Below, piece by piece: positions 39,071-50,100 of a stretch of 64,000 nt of DNA (within the stretch, counting starts at the first letter, position 1; every line of letters begins with the position of its first letter). The notes under the pieces were generated by a model. The model was not told the origin of the DNA. It saw only the letters and a program-made list of their open reading frames with translations, and did not search any database. The DNA comes from Candidatus Melainabacteria bacterium (GTDB taxonomy: Bacteria; Cyanobacteriota; Vampirovibrionia; LMEP-6097), in NCBI GenBank assembly GCA_005110385.1, contig DUDT01000021.1, forward strand, positions 45,420-109,419, written 5' to 3'. Made by a program: the position numbers and the translations under genes.

Positions 39071-39483
39071 ACTGTTAAATAATTTTCGATCTGAGAAAAC
39101 TTCTTAGCACCGACCCCTTTAATAGCTCTTATTTCGTTGATGCTTTCAAAACTGCCATGAATAAATCTGTATTCAATAATTTTCTTCGCTAATTTTGGAC
39201 CGACACTAGGAAGATTATCGAGTTCTTGTTCATTTGCAGAATTAATATTGACTTTAAGTGAAAAGACTTTATTTGAGCTGATTTTCTTGACGAGGTATTT
39301 ATTTACTTCGACTTTTCTACTAAGATAAATCGTTAGGCTTAATATAAAGACTGAAATAAAAATAGTCTTAGCGATTTTACTAGTATTAAAGCCATATTCA
39401 AAAAGTTGCCCATTAAAGAGATATTGGATAAATTTACTATTCGATAATTCCTTAATGAATAAAGTTCTGACACGTTTCCACAT
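39061..39483 (-). CDS. comEA: ComEA-like helix-hairpin-helix DNA-binding protein
   Basis: VNINSANEQELDNLPSVGPKLAKKIIEYR..G.F and IKGVG. Confidence 0.8.
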   Translation of the reverse strand: MWKRVRTLFIKELSNSKFIQYLFNGQLFEYGFNTSKIAKTIFISVFILSLTIYLSRKVEVNKYLVKKISSNKVFSLKVNINSANEQELDNLPSVGPKLAKKIIEYRFIHGSFESINEIRAIKGVGAKKFSQIENYLTVQP

Positions 39484-40384
39484 ATTTAACTACCTGATAG
39501 CCATTGACGCTATCACTAGTAGGTTTCCTTTTATGTTCTATGCAATCAAGGAAATGTCTACATTCAAGCCTTAAAGGCTCATCATTAGAATAAACAGGCT
39601 TTTCTACAGTAAGGCTACCATCTTCTTGTCGGCTGTATATCTCTAATTTATTTTCTTTAAAAGTATCATTTAATACAGCCGTTTTCCTACTACCGTTAAC
39701 AGTTAGCAAAGCTTGTTTTTGAGGATCTAACCAGCTGTTATGTATATGTCCACCAATATTATTAGGAAATAAAATATCTATATGAGCCACATCTATTGAG
39801 TCTCCTGAACTTGCCCACGTTCTTACATTTACTATCTTCTCTGGTTCAGTATTTAAAATGTAACACATCATTGAAAAATCATGGGGGGCTAAATCCCACA
39901 TAACATTACTATGTTTTCTATGATTAGCTGTAAAGTTTCTACGATCAGAATTTACATATTGCACAGTGCCTAAATCCCCCGAGGCAATGATTTGCTTAAG
40001 TTTATTTACAGCCGGATGATACAAAAGAAGATGCCCCACCATTAATGTGAGATTTTTATTTTCAGCAATAGCATGTAATTCCTTAGCCTCAGTAACGTTC
40101 TGAGCGAGAGGCTTTTCTACATAAACATTATGACCAGCCTCTAGAGACTGTTTGGCAATCTCATAATGAGTATGGGCTGGAGTCGCAATAACGATACCAT
40201 CAATCTCTTTATCATCAATTACATCTTTTAAAGATGAGGTGGTAAGTAAATTTGGGTATCTTTCCTTGGCTTTAGTTAAATTATCCTCTTCTAGGTCACA
40301 GACTATCTTTAAGACACCTAGTTCGTAAAAATTGCGAACTAAATTTTTCCCCCAACTGCCAGTACCTATTACCGCTATTTTCAT
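39452..40384 (-). CDS. Gfo/Idh/MocA family oxidoreductase
   Basis: IAVIGTGSWG, IATPAHTH, VEKP, MVGH, WDLAPHD. Confidence 0.93.
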   Translation of the reverse strand: MKIAVIGTGSWGKNLVRNFYELGVLKIVCDLEEDNLTKAKERYPNLLTTSSLKDVIDDKEIDGIVIATPAHTHYEIAKQSLEAGHNVYVEKPLAQNVTEAKELHAIAENKNLTLMVGHLLLYHPAVNKLKQIIASGDLGTVQYVNSDRRNFTANHRKHSNVMWDLAPHDFSMMCYILNTEPEKIVNVRTWASSGDSIDVAHIDILFPNNIGGHIHNSWLDPQKQALLTVNGSRKTAVLNDTFKENKLEIYSRQEDGSLTVEKPVYSNDEPLRLECRHFLDCIEHKRKPTSDSVNGYQVVKYVETCQNFIH

Positions 40385-41467
40385 CTATTGAATAGTCACC
40401 TTTATACTGTTACTAGAAAATTCTTCATCGCGAACTATATAAACATTGTAATCACCCTTAACCATGGCCGCATCTGTCCCTATAGTTAATTTATTTTTCT
40501 TTTTACCTTTCTCGGGTTTATCAAGACTATTAATCACTAATTCTACTTTATTTTTACCGTCAATACTCTCGGCATAAGCTTGCATAATAGTTTTATCAAA
40601 ACCGCTTTGTTCTGCTTCTAGACTGATAGTTTCACCAGCTTTAACAGAAAGCTCGCCACTTGCACTAATAATTGGTGATTTATTTTGATAAGTCTGTATA
40701 TGATAATTTAGCATCTCCTCTGCCTTAGTGGGTTTTATACTTAAAGTACCGTAGAGTTCTAAGCCAGTATCTTTCTGTTCTAAAATTCCCGTAAAATTAA
40801 AATTCTCATCGAGATTAGCATAAATATTATTATCCTTACTAAAGGAGATATTCCAGATCGTATTTCCATCAGAATTTTTATTTATAGAATCACTCTCCCA
40901 ATTAAATTTATAACTCCTAGTATTTATTCTTAAAATACCGACTCCCTGTTTGTATGCAACATCCATAGGAAACAAATTAATTAATATATCTATCTTAGGA
41001 CCCTTGTAAACTGATCTAACTCGCTTGGGTTTAATCGGTTCAGGCGTTACAGCTACTGTTGGAGCCTCTCCTTCGGGTGTACCTGAAACAACTGGGGCTG
41101 TAGTCGTCGCTAGGGTGCTAGGACTTGTGGTGGTGCTTGCTGAGGGGGGGGCTGCCGTCGGTGTAGATTTATTATCCGCAGGCTTATTAGGCTGCTCTGA
41201 AGCTTTATTCACAGCAGTAGCAGCTGGTGATGAAGCGATAGGTGACTGAAAGGCATCCTGAATAGGTTCCTCTGGAGTAACCTCTGTATTCTTAACTTCA
41301 GCACCTTCTTCTATTGGTATACCAATACCAATAAAAGCCCCTATAGGAATGGATTCCCTAAAATCTTTCTCTTTGGCATCGAATAAACTACAAGAAATAG
41401 ACAAAGAGCTAACGATAAGCAGCAAAAGACTTAATAATAAACGCTGATAAATAGGACTTTCCTTCAC
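40385..41467 (-). CDS. Hypothetical lipoprotein with a Pro/Thr/Ala linker
   Basis: Signal ending LSISC, low-complexity linker, beta-rich C-terminus. Confidence 0.75.
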   Translation of the reverse strand: MKESPIYQRLLLSLLLLIVSSLSISCSLFDAKEKDFRESIPIGAFIGIGIPIEEGAEVKNTEVTPEEPIQDAFQSPIASSPAATAVNKASEQPNKPADNKSTPTAAPPSASTTTSPSTLATTTAPVVSGTPEGEAPTVAVTPEPIKPKRVRSVYKGPKIDILINLFPMDVAYKQGVGILRINTRSYKFNWESDSINKNSDGNTIWNISFSKDNNIYANLDENFNFTGILEQKDTGLELYGTLSIKPTKAEEMLNYHIQTYQNKSPIISASGELSVKAGETISLEAEQSGFDKTIMQAYAESIDGKNKVELVINSLDKPEKGKKKNKLTIGTDAAMVKGDYNVYIVRDEEFSSNSIKVTIQ

Positions 41468-41485
41468 TAAGGTTTAATTATATAC

Positions 41486-42427
41486 TTGCTCTTAGTGGAT
41501 ATCCATACCAAAAATAAATCCATTTATGTTTCGGCACTGATTTTGTTTTGTGTCTTTTTAGCTCTTTTTATATTTTATAACAATGCATACGGCTTTCATC
41601 AGCCTTATCCTTCACTTTTTAATTCCAAGAAGGCTCAAAATAATCTTAAAAATTCCGAAAAAGTCATTGCAGGAAAAGATAAAAGTACGACTAATATCTT
41701 GCTGCTTGGTGTAGATGAAAATAAATCAGAAAATTCTTCGGTTTGGCAAGGACGAACGGATTTTATGATGATACTTTCCATTAATCCTGCATCAGAAAAA
41801 CTAATAGCCTTAAGCATTCCAAGGGATACACAACTAGATAAAGAGATCTTTGGCTTCTCTAGAATCAACTCTGCTAATAGTTTTGGTGGTGTTAATGTAG
41901 CAAAAGATACTGTGGAGAAGCTTTTAGGATTAAAAATTGATAATTACCTCTTGGTTAACATAGAGGGTTTTAAAAAAATTATGAATCTTTTTGGCGACAT
42001 GAAAGTTTATGTTCCTAAAAATATGAAATATGAGGATCATAAAGCTGGTCTTAGTATAGATTTCAAGCCGGGCTTAGAAAATATGAATTCTGAAAAGCTT
42101 ATGGAGTTCTTGCGTTATCGTGATAGTGAAGATGGTGATATAGGTAGAATTAAAAGACAATTAATATTCTTTAGGGCTTTTATTCATAATCTTAAATTTA
42201 ACGAAATACTAGTAAGATTGCCTTATCTATTAGACCAATCTAACAATTTCTTCCTAACTGATTTAAAAGAAGAGGAAACTGTTCAACTCACTAAATCTTT
42301 TATTAAAATTGCAGATAAGGGCTTTGAGAGTTTTATATTACCAGGGGATTTTGCAAAAGATGGATATTGGAGAATTGATTACCCCGATATGAACAGACTG
42401 TTAGAATATATCAAACAAACCAGTTAA
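41486..42427 (+). CDS. LytR-CpsA-Psr (LCP) family phosphotransferase
   Basis: NILLLGVD, GRTDFMM, SIPRDT, RYRD..DGDIGRIKRQ. Confidence 0.93.
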   Translation: MLLVDIHTKNKSIYVSALILFCVFLALFIFYNNAYGFHQPYPSLFNSKKAQNNLKNSEKVIAGKDKSTTNILLLGVDENKSENSSVWQGRTDFMMILSINPASEKLIALSIPRDTQLDKEIFGFSRINSANSFGGVNVAKDTVEKLLGLKIDNYLLVNIEGFKKIMNLFGDMKVYVPKNMKYEDHKAGLSIDFKPGLENMNSEKLMEFLRYRDSEDGDIGRIKRQLIFFRAFIHNLKFNEILVRLPYLLDQSNNFFLTDLKEEETVQLTKSFIKIADKGFESFILPGDFAKDGYWRIDYPDMNRLLEYIKQTS

Positions 42428-42431
42428 ATTC

Positions 42432-43784
42432 ATGGCATTTAGACAACTAAAAATTTTCACTTGGTGGAAGGGTAATAACAGAGAAAGGTTCCTACTTTTT
42501 GGAATTATTGCTGTTATATGGTTACTAATTACCGCCTTAGAGGAATTCGTCCCACAAAAGTTTCTAGATTTGCTTCCTTGTAATGTTTCACTCGCATTGC
42601 TCGCATTATTACTGCTATGCATGCTCTTTCACTCTGTTTTTCTTTTTATAGCGCAATATCATAGGCGTAAAAAGCCGAGAGAGCTAGATACCCAGTACTT
42701 TCCATCAATAGATATTTTCATTTCAGCTCATAATGAGAAGAACGTTATTAAAGAGACTTTAGAGTTTATGATGGATTTAAATTATAACGATTACAAGGTC
42801 TATGCCATTAATGATCGTAGTAACGACTCCACTCTTGACTTAATGAATTCAGTTGCAGTAAAGTATCCTGAAAAATTAATTATCTTAGATAGACCTGCTG
42901 ATGCAGTACCTGGAAAGGCAGCGGCTTTAAATGATGCATTAAAAATATCTAAGTCTGCGGTGATCTGTGTTTTTGATGCTGACGCTAGAGTCGAAAAAGA
43001 TTTCTTGCGAAACATAGTTCCTTACTTAAATGATCCATTAGTTGGTGCAGTACAATCCCAAAAAGTTATATCGAACCCAGAGAAGAATTTCCTCGTAGAA
43101 TGCCAATTCCATGAATATGCTATGGATACTTACTTACAGATGGGACGCGATAGCATCCGTGGTTCAGTAGAATTAAGAGGAAATGGTCAACTTATTAAAA
43201 GAGAAACTTTAGAACACGTAGGTGGCTGGAATGAAGATACTTTAACCGATGATTTAGACCTTTCTACTTGTTTGCATGTCAATGGCTGGGATATACGCTT
43301 TAGTCCTGAGAATAAAGTCTATGAAGAGGGTGTACCCACTATGACTGGTCTTATAAAACAAAGACGTAGATGGGCAGAGGGTAGTATGCGAAGATATCTA
43401 AACTATTTCTTGCAGTTACTAAAACCTGGTAATCTTACTCTAAATCAAATATTTGACACCTTCGTTTTCCTCTGCCAGTTTAGTATTCCTCTGTGGGTGA
43501 GTTTAGATATCATTTACGAATTTATTAGATACTTCTCTCATCGAGAGACTTATATCAGTTTCCTAATGCTGCTGAGCATATCTTTAAGTCTAATTATGTT
43601 TATGAATCAATTTCATGGATTAAGAATTTATAAACAATATTCGATAATTAAATCCATAGTTTACTCTCTAATTACAAATTTTTATTTCTTTGGCGTCTGG
43701 GTCACTATTATTATTATCACTTATAGAAAGATTCTATTTAGCCGTACAGTCGGCACTTGGGTAAGAACTGAGCATGGTGCTTGA
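42432..43784 (+). CDS. GT2 processive glycosyltransferase, similar to cyanobacterial monoglucosyldiacylglycerol synthase MgdA
   Basis: SAHNE, GKAAALN, FDAD, ELRGNGQ, TDDLDL and QRRRWAEG motifs with N- and C-terminal TMs. Confidence 0.8.
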   Translation: MAFRQLKIFTWWKGNNRERFLLFGIIAVIWLLITALEEFVPQKFLDLLPCNVSLALLALLLLCMLFHSVFLFIAQYHRRKKPRELDTQYFPSIDIFISAHNEKNVIKETLEFMMDLNYNDYKVYAINDRSNDSTLDLMNSVAVKYPEKLIILDRPADAVPGKAAALNDALKISKSAVICVFDADARVEKDFLRNIVPYLNDPLVGAVQSQKVISNPEKNFLVECQFHEYAMDTYLQMGRDSIRGSVELRGNGQLIKRETLEHVGGWNEDTLTDDLDLSTCLHVNGWDIRFSPENKVYEEGVPTMTGLIKQRRRWAEGSMRRYLNYFLQLLKPGNLTLNQIFDTFVFLCQFSIPLWVSLDIIYEFIRYFSHRETYISFLMLLSISLSLIMFMNQFHGLRIYKQYSIIKSIVYSLITNFYFFGVWVTIIIITYRKILFSRTVGTWVRTEHGA

Positions 43785-43785
43785 A

Positions 43786-43821
43786 GGCACTGTTGCCAAA
43801 CTCCAATTTCTGCGTTTTCGT
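43786..43821. repeat. Partial palindromic element, intergenic between convergent genes
   Basis: ggcactgttgccaaactccaatttctgcgttttcgt. Confidence 0.85.
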
Positions 43822-43825
43822 TTCT

Positions 43826-44908
43826 CTACAGTTCGCTATAAATCAGTGTTTTAAAAACACTTCCCTCTTCATGTAAGGCTAATGCTTTCGGCAGATCAGT
43901 TAAATCAAACTGCTCGCTGATAAGGTTTTTCATGCTTATCTTATCACTAGATATCAACTCCAGAGCAGCTTTAATATATTCAGGGCTATGATGAAAAACT
44001 CCTATAAGCTTTATTTCATCATAATGTAAGCGAAAAGTGTCTACCTGAATCGATGTACCTTTAGTACAGCCACCGAAATAATTTACTAGACCACCTTTTC
44101 TCACTAAGCTTAAACAGAGCTGCCAAGCTTCAGGCTTGCCCACTGCTTCTATCACGACATCTGCACCATATGGAAGAAGATTGTTTATTTTCACTTTAAT
44201 CTCCTCGTCAGATAAATTATTTATATCTACAAGAAAATCAGCTCCGTTATCCTTAGCTAAATCTAATTTATGTTGAGACCTTGCCACAGCGTAGATATCA
44301 GCTTTAGTAAAGAATTTAATTAATTTAATAAAAGTCTGCCCAATGGGACCTAAGCCATAGACTATAACCTTGTCATCATCTTTAATGTAAGACCTTTTAA
44401 ATCCATGCAGGGCAACGGCAAGGGTCTGCGTTAGGCATAATTCCTCAAGCTTATCTAGTCTAGAAACCTTGTATAGATTATGTTTAACAATGTTTTTCGG
44501 AATTTTAATATATTCGGCGAAGGCACCATTTAAAAATTCTAAATTCTCACAAAGGGAATATTCTGCTTTCTTGCAAAAAAAACATTCATAGCAAGGCGCA
44601 GTGTTAGCAGCTACTACATAATCACCTTGCTGAAAACCCGTTACAGAAGAATCTACTGACTCAATAACACCTACAAACTCATAACCAAAAGAGGATGGGA
44701 TATTTTTAATAATTTTAGGATGACCTCGCTGAAAGGTTTTTAAATCGGTACCACCTGTCCCAGCATATATAACTTTTACTAAAACTTCACCATCGAGTAA
44801 ATCGGGAATAATCACATCCTCTAACCTAATATCTCGCGGACCATAGTAAAGATAACTTCTCATTGTGCAACTTTCCTTAAAATTATTCGTCTTTATAAAC
44901 CTAGTCAA
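43826..44908 (-). CDS. MDR-family (Zn-dependent ADH-like) dehydrogenase with altered catalytic Zn ligands
   Basis: GGTD and GYE in place of CGTD and GHE. Structural CYECFFC...C and GLGPIG retained. Confidence 0.88.
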   Translation of the reverse strand: MTRFIKTNNFKESCTMRSYLYYGPRDIRLEDVIIPDLLDGEVLVKVIYAGTGGTDLKTFQRGHPKIIKNIPSSFGYEFVGVIESVDSSVTGFQQGDYVVAANTAPCYECFFCKKAEYSLCENLEFLNGAFAEYIKIPKNIVKHNLYKVSRLDKLEELCLTQTLAVALHGFKRSYIKDDDKVIVYGLGPIGQTFIKLIKFFTKADIYAVARSQHKLDLAKDNGADFLVDINNLSDEEIKVKINNLLPYGADVVIEAVGKPEAWQLCLSLVRKGGLVNYFGGCTKGTSIQVDTFRLHYDEIKLIGVFHHSPEYIKAALELISSDKISMKNLISEQFDLTDLPKALALHEEGSVFKTLIYSEL

Positions 44909-44937
44909 GAGATATAATTAATCTCAAGAAAGTTTAA

Positions 44938-47031
44938 ATGCAGTTTCTAATAATAGCCTTTATTATGTTTTTTGGACTCTCTAGCCATGCGGTCACGAGA
45001 GAAGAAAGATTTGATTTATATTACAGCCAAGCTGTAAAAGCTGAAAAGAGCGGTGATTTTGATACCGCGATTCGTAAATTTGCTCAAGCCTATGAATTTG
45101 ATAAAACAGATAGTTCTCTACTAAGTAAATTAGGTTTAATCTATTTAAATAAACCGACTAAATCTCAGGCAGAGGAGCAGGATAATGGCAGAAGAGCTGT
45201 TTCATATTTCAATAAAGCCTTAGAGTTCTCTCCTAGTGATGCGATGATAAATCTTCTGCTCGCTCAAGCTTACACCAAGCTTAATGAAACTGAGAAAGCT
45301 TACACTTATTTTAAGAGAGCATCGACTATAGAACCTGATAACGTTCTCCTAACCTTTGATTTAGCTCTTTATCATTTTGAACAGAAAAATTTCAAAGAGG
45401 CAATAGAACTATTTAATCGTATTATCATGGCTTACCCCGATCATTTAAGAGCTAGAAGCTACTTAGCAGCTTCACTTCAGTCGACCGATAATTATTTAGC
45501 AGCCATTGAGCAGTATAACTATGTTCTTAAATATGAACAGAATGATTATGCTGTTCACAAGAACGTTGCAGACTCTTGGCTTGCTTTAAGCCAGTACGAG
45601 AATGCCCGTGAGAGTTATAAGAAAGCAGCCCAGATAGATGGAAATGTACCTAATATATATGCTGATCTAGCTTTTATAGAATCTAAATTCGGTAACTATA
45701 ATGAAGCTGTTAAAAATTACCAAAACGCCATAAAGCTTAAGAATGAAGACGTTTGGCATAAAGCTTTAGCTAAAGTATTTTATTTAAATAATGAAAAGCA
45801 AAAAGCCATAGATGCTTATTTGTATGTCGAAGATTATAATATGGCAGCCTATATACAACAACAAGAAGGTAAATATGATGAGGCTATTATTAACTACAAT
45901 AAAGCTCTAGAAAAGAATCCTGATGATTCTAAAACTTTATATAACATTGCAAGACTGTACTATGAAAAGAAAAACTACCCACTTGTGACCACTCATTTAC
46001 AGAAATTATTACAAATAAAACCTGACGATGTCGAGTCACTGTTTTTGCTTGCTAGCTCAGAACAACAATTAGAAAAATATGATGCTGCAATATCGCACTA
46101 CAAGGAAATACTAGGCATTCCACAAAAACTAGACCCGCAATTAAAAAATGATATTCACTATAATCTTGCAATTGCACAAAAACAGAAAGGCGACTTAAAA
46201 TCATCAGAAGCCAATCTGGAAATAGTTCTTGCAGATAAAGAAAATTTAGCTAAATTTAAAAAAATAGATGATCTTTACAAAAATCTGCTCACAGTAAAAC
46301 TAGATCAAGATAAAGTTAAAGAGGCTCAAGGGATAGTCGAAATCGCTCTAAAAGAAAAGCCAGCAGATTTAAATCTCAGACAGACTTATGCTGACTTATT
46401 AATCTCGCAGGGTAAAACACAAGATGCGATAGAACAGCTTAGATTAGCGATAGCATTCGATAATACTCAGAAATCTAGGCTAAAATTAGCTAAATTACTG
46501 AAAGATACCCAAAACCATTTCGATGCTTTAACTGAATACCAGACAGCTGTTACTAAAGAGCCTCGTAATTTAGAGGCGATACTCGGTACGGCTAATACTT
46601 TTAAAGCTCTGTCTTTAGATAAAGAAGCTGAAAACTACTACGCTAGAGCCTTAGAGTATTACCCGACAGATTATTTAGCGAATTATAATTTTGGTCTTCT
46701 TTTACAATCACAGAAAAAACATAAGGAAGCCCTGACTTATTATGAAAAAGTTTTAGAACTTAATCCTAAATTTCTTGAAAATTACTATGTATTAGGTCTC
46801 TGCTATTGGAATCTCCAGAAAAAGGATAAAGCCATGCAGCTCTGGAATGAGTTTTTAGCTCAATCTGAGGACGAAGAGACTAAAGAAAATATACAGAAGT
46901 TAATACAGTCGCAGGCTGGCTTGCCTTCTAAGACTATAGATTCTAAATTTGGTTTAGAACGAGATGAGAAGTATAAAATTCAGATTATAGATCCTAACAG
47001 TGAAGTTCCTTATTATGATTTACTATCTTGA
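44938..47031 (+). CDS. Exported tetratricopeptide-repeat protein
   Basis: Signal peptide (MQFLIIAFIMFFGLSSHA) and many TPR units (A...Y.KAL...P). Confidence 0.9.
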   Translation: MQFLIIAFIMFFGLSSHAVTREERFDLYYSQAVKAEKSGDFDTAIRKFAQAYEFDKTDSSLLSKLGLIYLNKPTKSQAEEQDNGRRAVSYFNKALEFSPSDAMINLLLAQAYTKLNETEKAYTYFKRASTIEPDNVLLTFDLALYHFEQKNFKEAIELFNRIIMAYPDHLRARSYLAASLQSTDNYLAAIEQYNYVLKYEQNDYAVHKNVADSWLALSQYENARESYKKAAQIDGNVPNIYADLAFIESKFGNYNEAVKNYQNAIKLKNEDVWHKALAKVFYLNNEKQKAIDAYLYVEDYNMAAYIQQQEGKYDEAIINYNKALEKNPDDSKTLYNIARLYYEKKNYPLVTTHLQKLLQIKPDDVESLFLLASSEQQLEKYDAAISHYKEILGIPQKLDPQLKNDIHYNLAIAQKQKGDLKSSEANLEIVLADKENLAKFKKIDDLYKNLLTVKLDQDKVKEAQGIVEIALKEKPADLNLRQTYADLLISQGKTQDAIEQLRLAIAFDNTQKSRLKLAKLLKDTQNHFDALTEYQTAVTKEPRNLEAILGTANTFKALSLDKEAENYYARALEYYPTDYLANYNFGLLLQSQKKHKEALTYYEKVLELNPKFLENYYVLGLCYWNLQKKDKAMQLWNEFLAQSEDEETKENIQKLIQSQAGLPSKTIDSKFGLERDEKYKIQIIDPNSEVPYYDLLS

Positions 47032-47069
47032 TCAAGTTAGTAGTAGCTTGATTAAATAATTTTCATCGC

Positions 47070-47085
47070 TTTTGCGCGCAGTCCT
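47070..47085. repeat. TIR remnant of the palindromic element
   Basis: ttttgcgcgcagtcct is 13/16 identical to gtttgcgagcagtccc. Confidence 0.45.
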
Positions 47086-47105
47086 GTGCTATTATCTTAA
47101 CCCTT

Positions 47106-50100
47106 GTGGGAACTCAAAGCACTCTTCAAAAAATGCGGTCTCTTAATGAGGCTCAAAACGTTCTTAAAACACTAAAATCTCTTCAGAAGCTAAGAGTTGA
47201 GAAGGATGCCACTGTTATAGAGCAGTACTCTGATACTGAACAAGAATTTGATCGGAATTTAAAAGAAGAGCTTCATTCGCAGGAAATGAAGACTTGGATC
47301 CGAATACCCCCCCAAAGGCTACATCATCAGGGTGAGAGTGTTAATCAAATTATTAAACTACATGATGATTTATTAACAAATATCGTACAACTAAAACATG
47401 ATGCAGGAAGCAAACCACAAGGCAAACCACAAGGCAAGCTACTAAAACAATATCTAAATCACTTCGAGAGCGTGAAACAGCTTGGATCCTGGTTTCTTTA
47501 TTTTGACAGTTTAATTACAGCCGGAATTAGTAAAGAAGATCTAAAAATTGAACTCAAGAAAAGAGTTCCTCATGAAGGTTATCAATCTGAAGGTGTGTTA
47601 CTAAACGATAGAGACCCTCAACTCTGGAAGAAAATCTTAAACGGTCTTACAAGCACAGAAATAATTGATTTATTTCAAGATAAGCCGACAAATGCATTAC
47701 TTGTTCCGATACAGGAGCGCTACTTTGGAATCATCCCCCAGCTATTGGGCAGACTAGGTGATCTCTACAATCCTAAAACCCATGCCAAATGCATTATTGA
47801 TTTAATGACAAAGATACATGAGGGCACCAATAGACAGGTTTTTAAACCATTACTAGAAGATTATGTAAGAACTGCAATAGATGTGAACTTAAGAACTTCT
47901 CTGGAAAACAACTCGCTTGCAGATTTGATCAGCGAGCCTCAAAAATTCATCAATCAAAAAGAAACCTTTAAGAAGCTTTATGCTTTCGAGCAACTGATAC
48001 AGAGTGATCTGCCAGATCTTAGGGACTATGATTTTGTAAATGATTTTGATGATAAATTCAATAGAAAATTAGCTTCTCTTAGAACTAGATTACTTGAATC
48101 CGAAGCTAAAACAGATACAGATCATCTCAAAACCCTTAAAAAATTCTACCAAAACTATGAACTTTCTCCAGACATAATAAGTTTGATGCAAGAACCTTTG
48201 AAAACTTTTGAGAGAATGGACTTATTAAATAATTTAAAAAACAGGCTAGATTCGCAGGACTCGTCTCTAAAGGAAGCCTCTCTTAGCTTCGCCCAAGAGC
48301 TTCTCAAATATAAACCTACTTCCTTCTCTGTAGTTGGCAACAAAAGACCACTTGAAGACTTCATTTACAACGCAGAACCAGAAATTCTTGGAACCAGCCT
48401 TAAAACTGGTCAAATTAAAAGTCTCTTCACTATGGATGACCACTCTTATAGAGTGAAAAAAAACCTTGCAAACGAATATCATCGACTAATTGAAATTTTA
48501 GAATATAAAGGAGATCTTGATAAATTAGAAACGACTACAACCTATAATTTCCTCGATGAAAGTAGAATTCAAAAACAAAAAGAAAAGATTCTAGAATTGC
48601 TTCGAAGCCGCGAAAATCCAGAAGACAGCACCACGCTAAAAGTCTTCAGACAAATCATGAAAGCTAAGATTCTCACTCCTGAAGAGATAATTGAAAAATA
48701 CTTGAAGTATCCTAGGCTTAAAGAAGTCATTAAAGTTTTAGATCAATTTCTAAAAGATTTAAAAGGTTTTGATACAAACTCCAGTGAATCTCAGGAATTA
48801 ATATCTGAATTTATTCAGAGAGTTAAAACTTATGGAGCTAAACCTGATGGCCAGCAGATTATGACAGGTAACCAAAAAAACGCTGCGTCGAGGTTTTTGC
48901 AGAGTAATTCACGAGTTGCATTCGAAAATCTCATCGACCAGTTAAACACAGGTTCACCACCTTATTCTAATCTTTTTCAGAAAACTCAGTATGTTTTAAG
49001 TATGTTAAACATTGCGAAAAAGACATTAGAAAAGACTTCTAATATTGGTTTAGATTTTGATCCCAAAGGCAAGACACAAACAAGAATAGATACGATAGTA
49101 ACTCAGATCAGTAAAGATACTTCTTCTTTCTCACAAGAAAGAGACCCTAGGAAGATACCAGAGGAATTTACGCAATATTTAGAGTCAATTAAATCAGAAA
49201 TGCTCACAATATTGGAAGAATATAATGAGAGTATAAATCGATATAATGCTAATCCTCAAAACAGGCAACAAGACCTTATGGTCTTCCCTGAGGAGCGAGA
49301 GAGCCTCTCTGAAGCAGCAAGAAATGCTGCCATCGAAGTTGCAGACAATGCACTTAATGATTCTGCTGCTTTTTGGAATCTTGCTCAAGCTGCCAGAACT
49401 TACCGAGCAAATCCTGTAACTGCTGCTAATACAGATCCTAATACTCCAACCGACTTCCGCTCAAGACTAGAATCAATAATCCAACAGCAGGAAGAAAGCC
49501 TACTTCTTGAAATGTTTAAATGGTGCGCTCGTGATATACAAATCTTTAATACCTCTAGCCCGAATCAATACCCTGGACCAGGCTTTGTCGTTAAAGGTAT
49601 TAATATACCTAGAGCTCTAGGTATTGAAAATGAAAATCCTAAGGAATATATTAGATCTTTAGAACGCGATATTCTCCCTGATTCCACTAACGACCGAACC
49701 GTCGGTAAATATTCTGGGGTCTTCTCCAATATGGAAAAATCTGAACTCTACTTCACTAGAGGCTTTATAGCCATCGTCCCACCTGGATATGAACCTAACA
49801 AGGATACGGTATCAACATTTCATATACCTACAGATGAATACCCTCAACCTGGGACAGGAACATCTCGCTCCACGCGAAGCAACAGACCCAGCTCCGACTC
49901 ACTTACTCAAGAACAAATTGATGAAAAGATTATAAATAGACACCGAGAACACTACTCCTACATAGTCTTTAATGATCATTTTGGTAGAAAAGATGGTGAA
50001 AATAAAATCAAGGAAAGAGCCTATCTAGTTCCCACTACTGTACTTAAAGAATTGACTGACCCTTATCTCAGAAAAGATGATTCTAATCCTGATAGCATTA

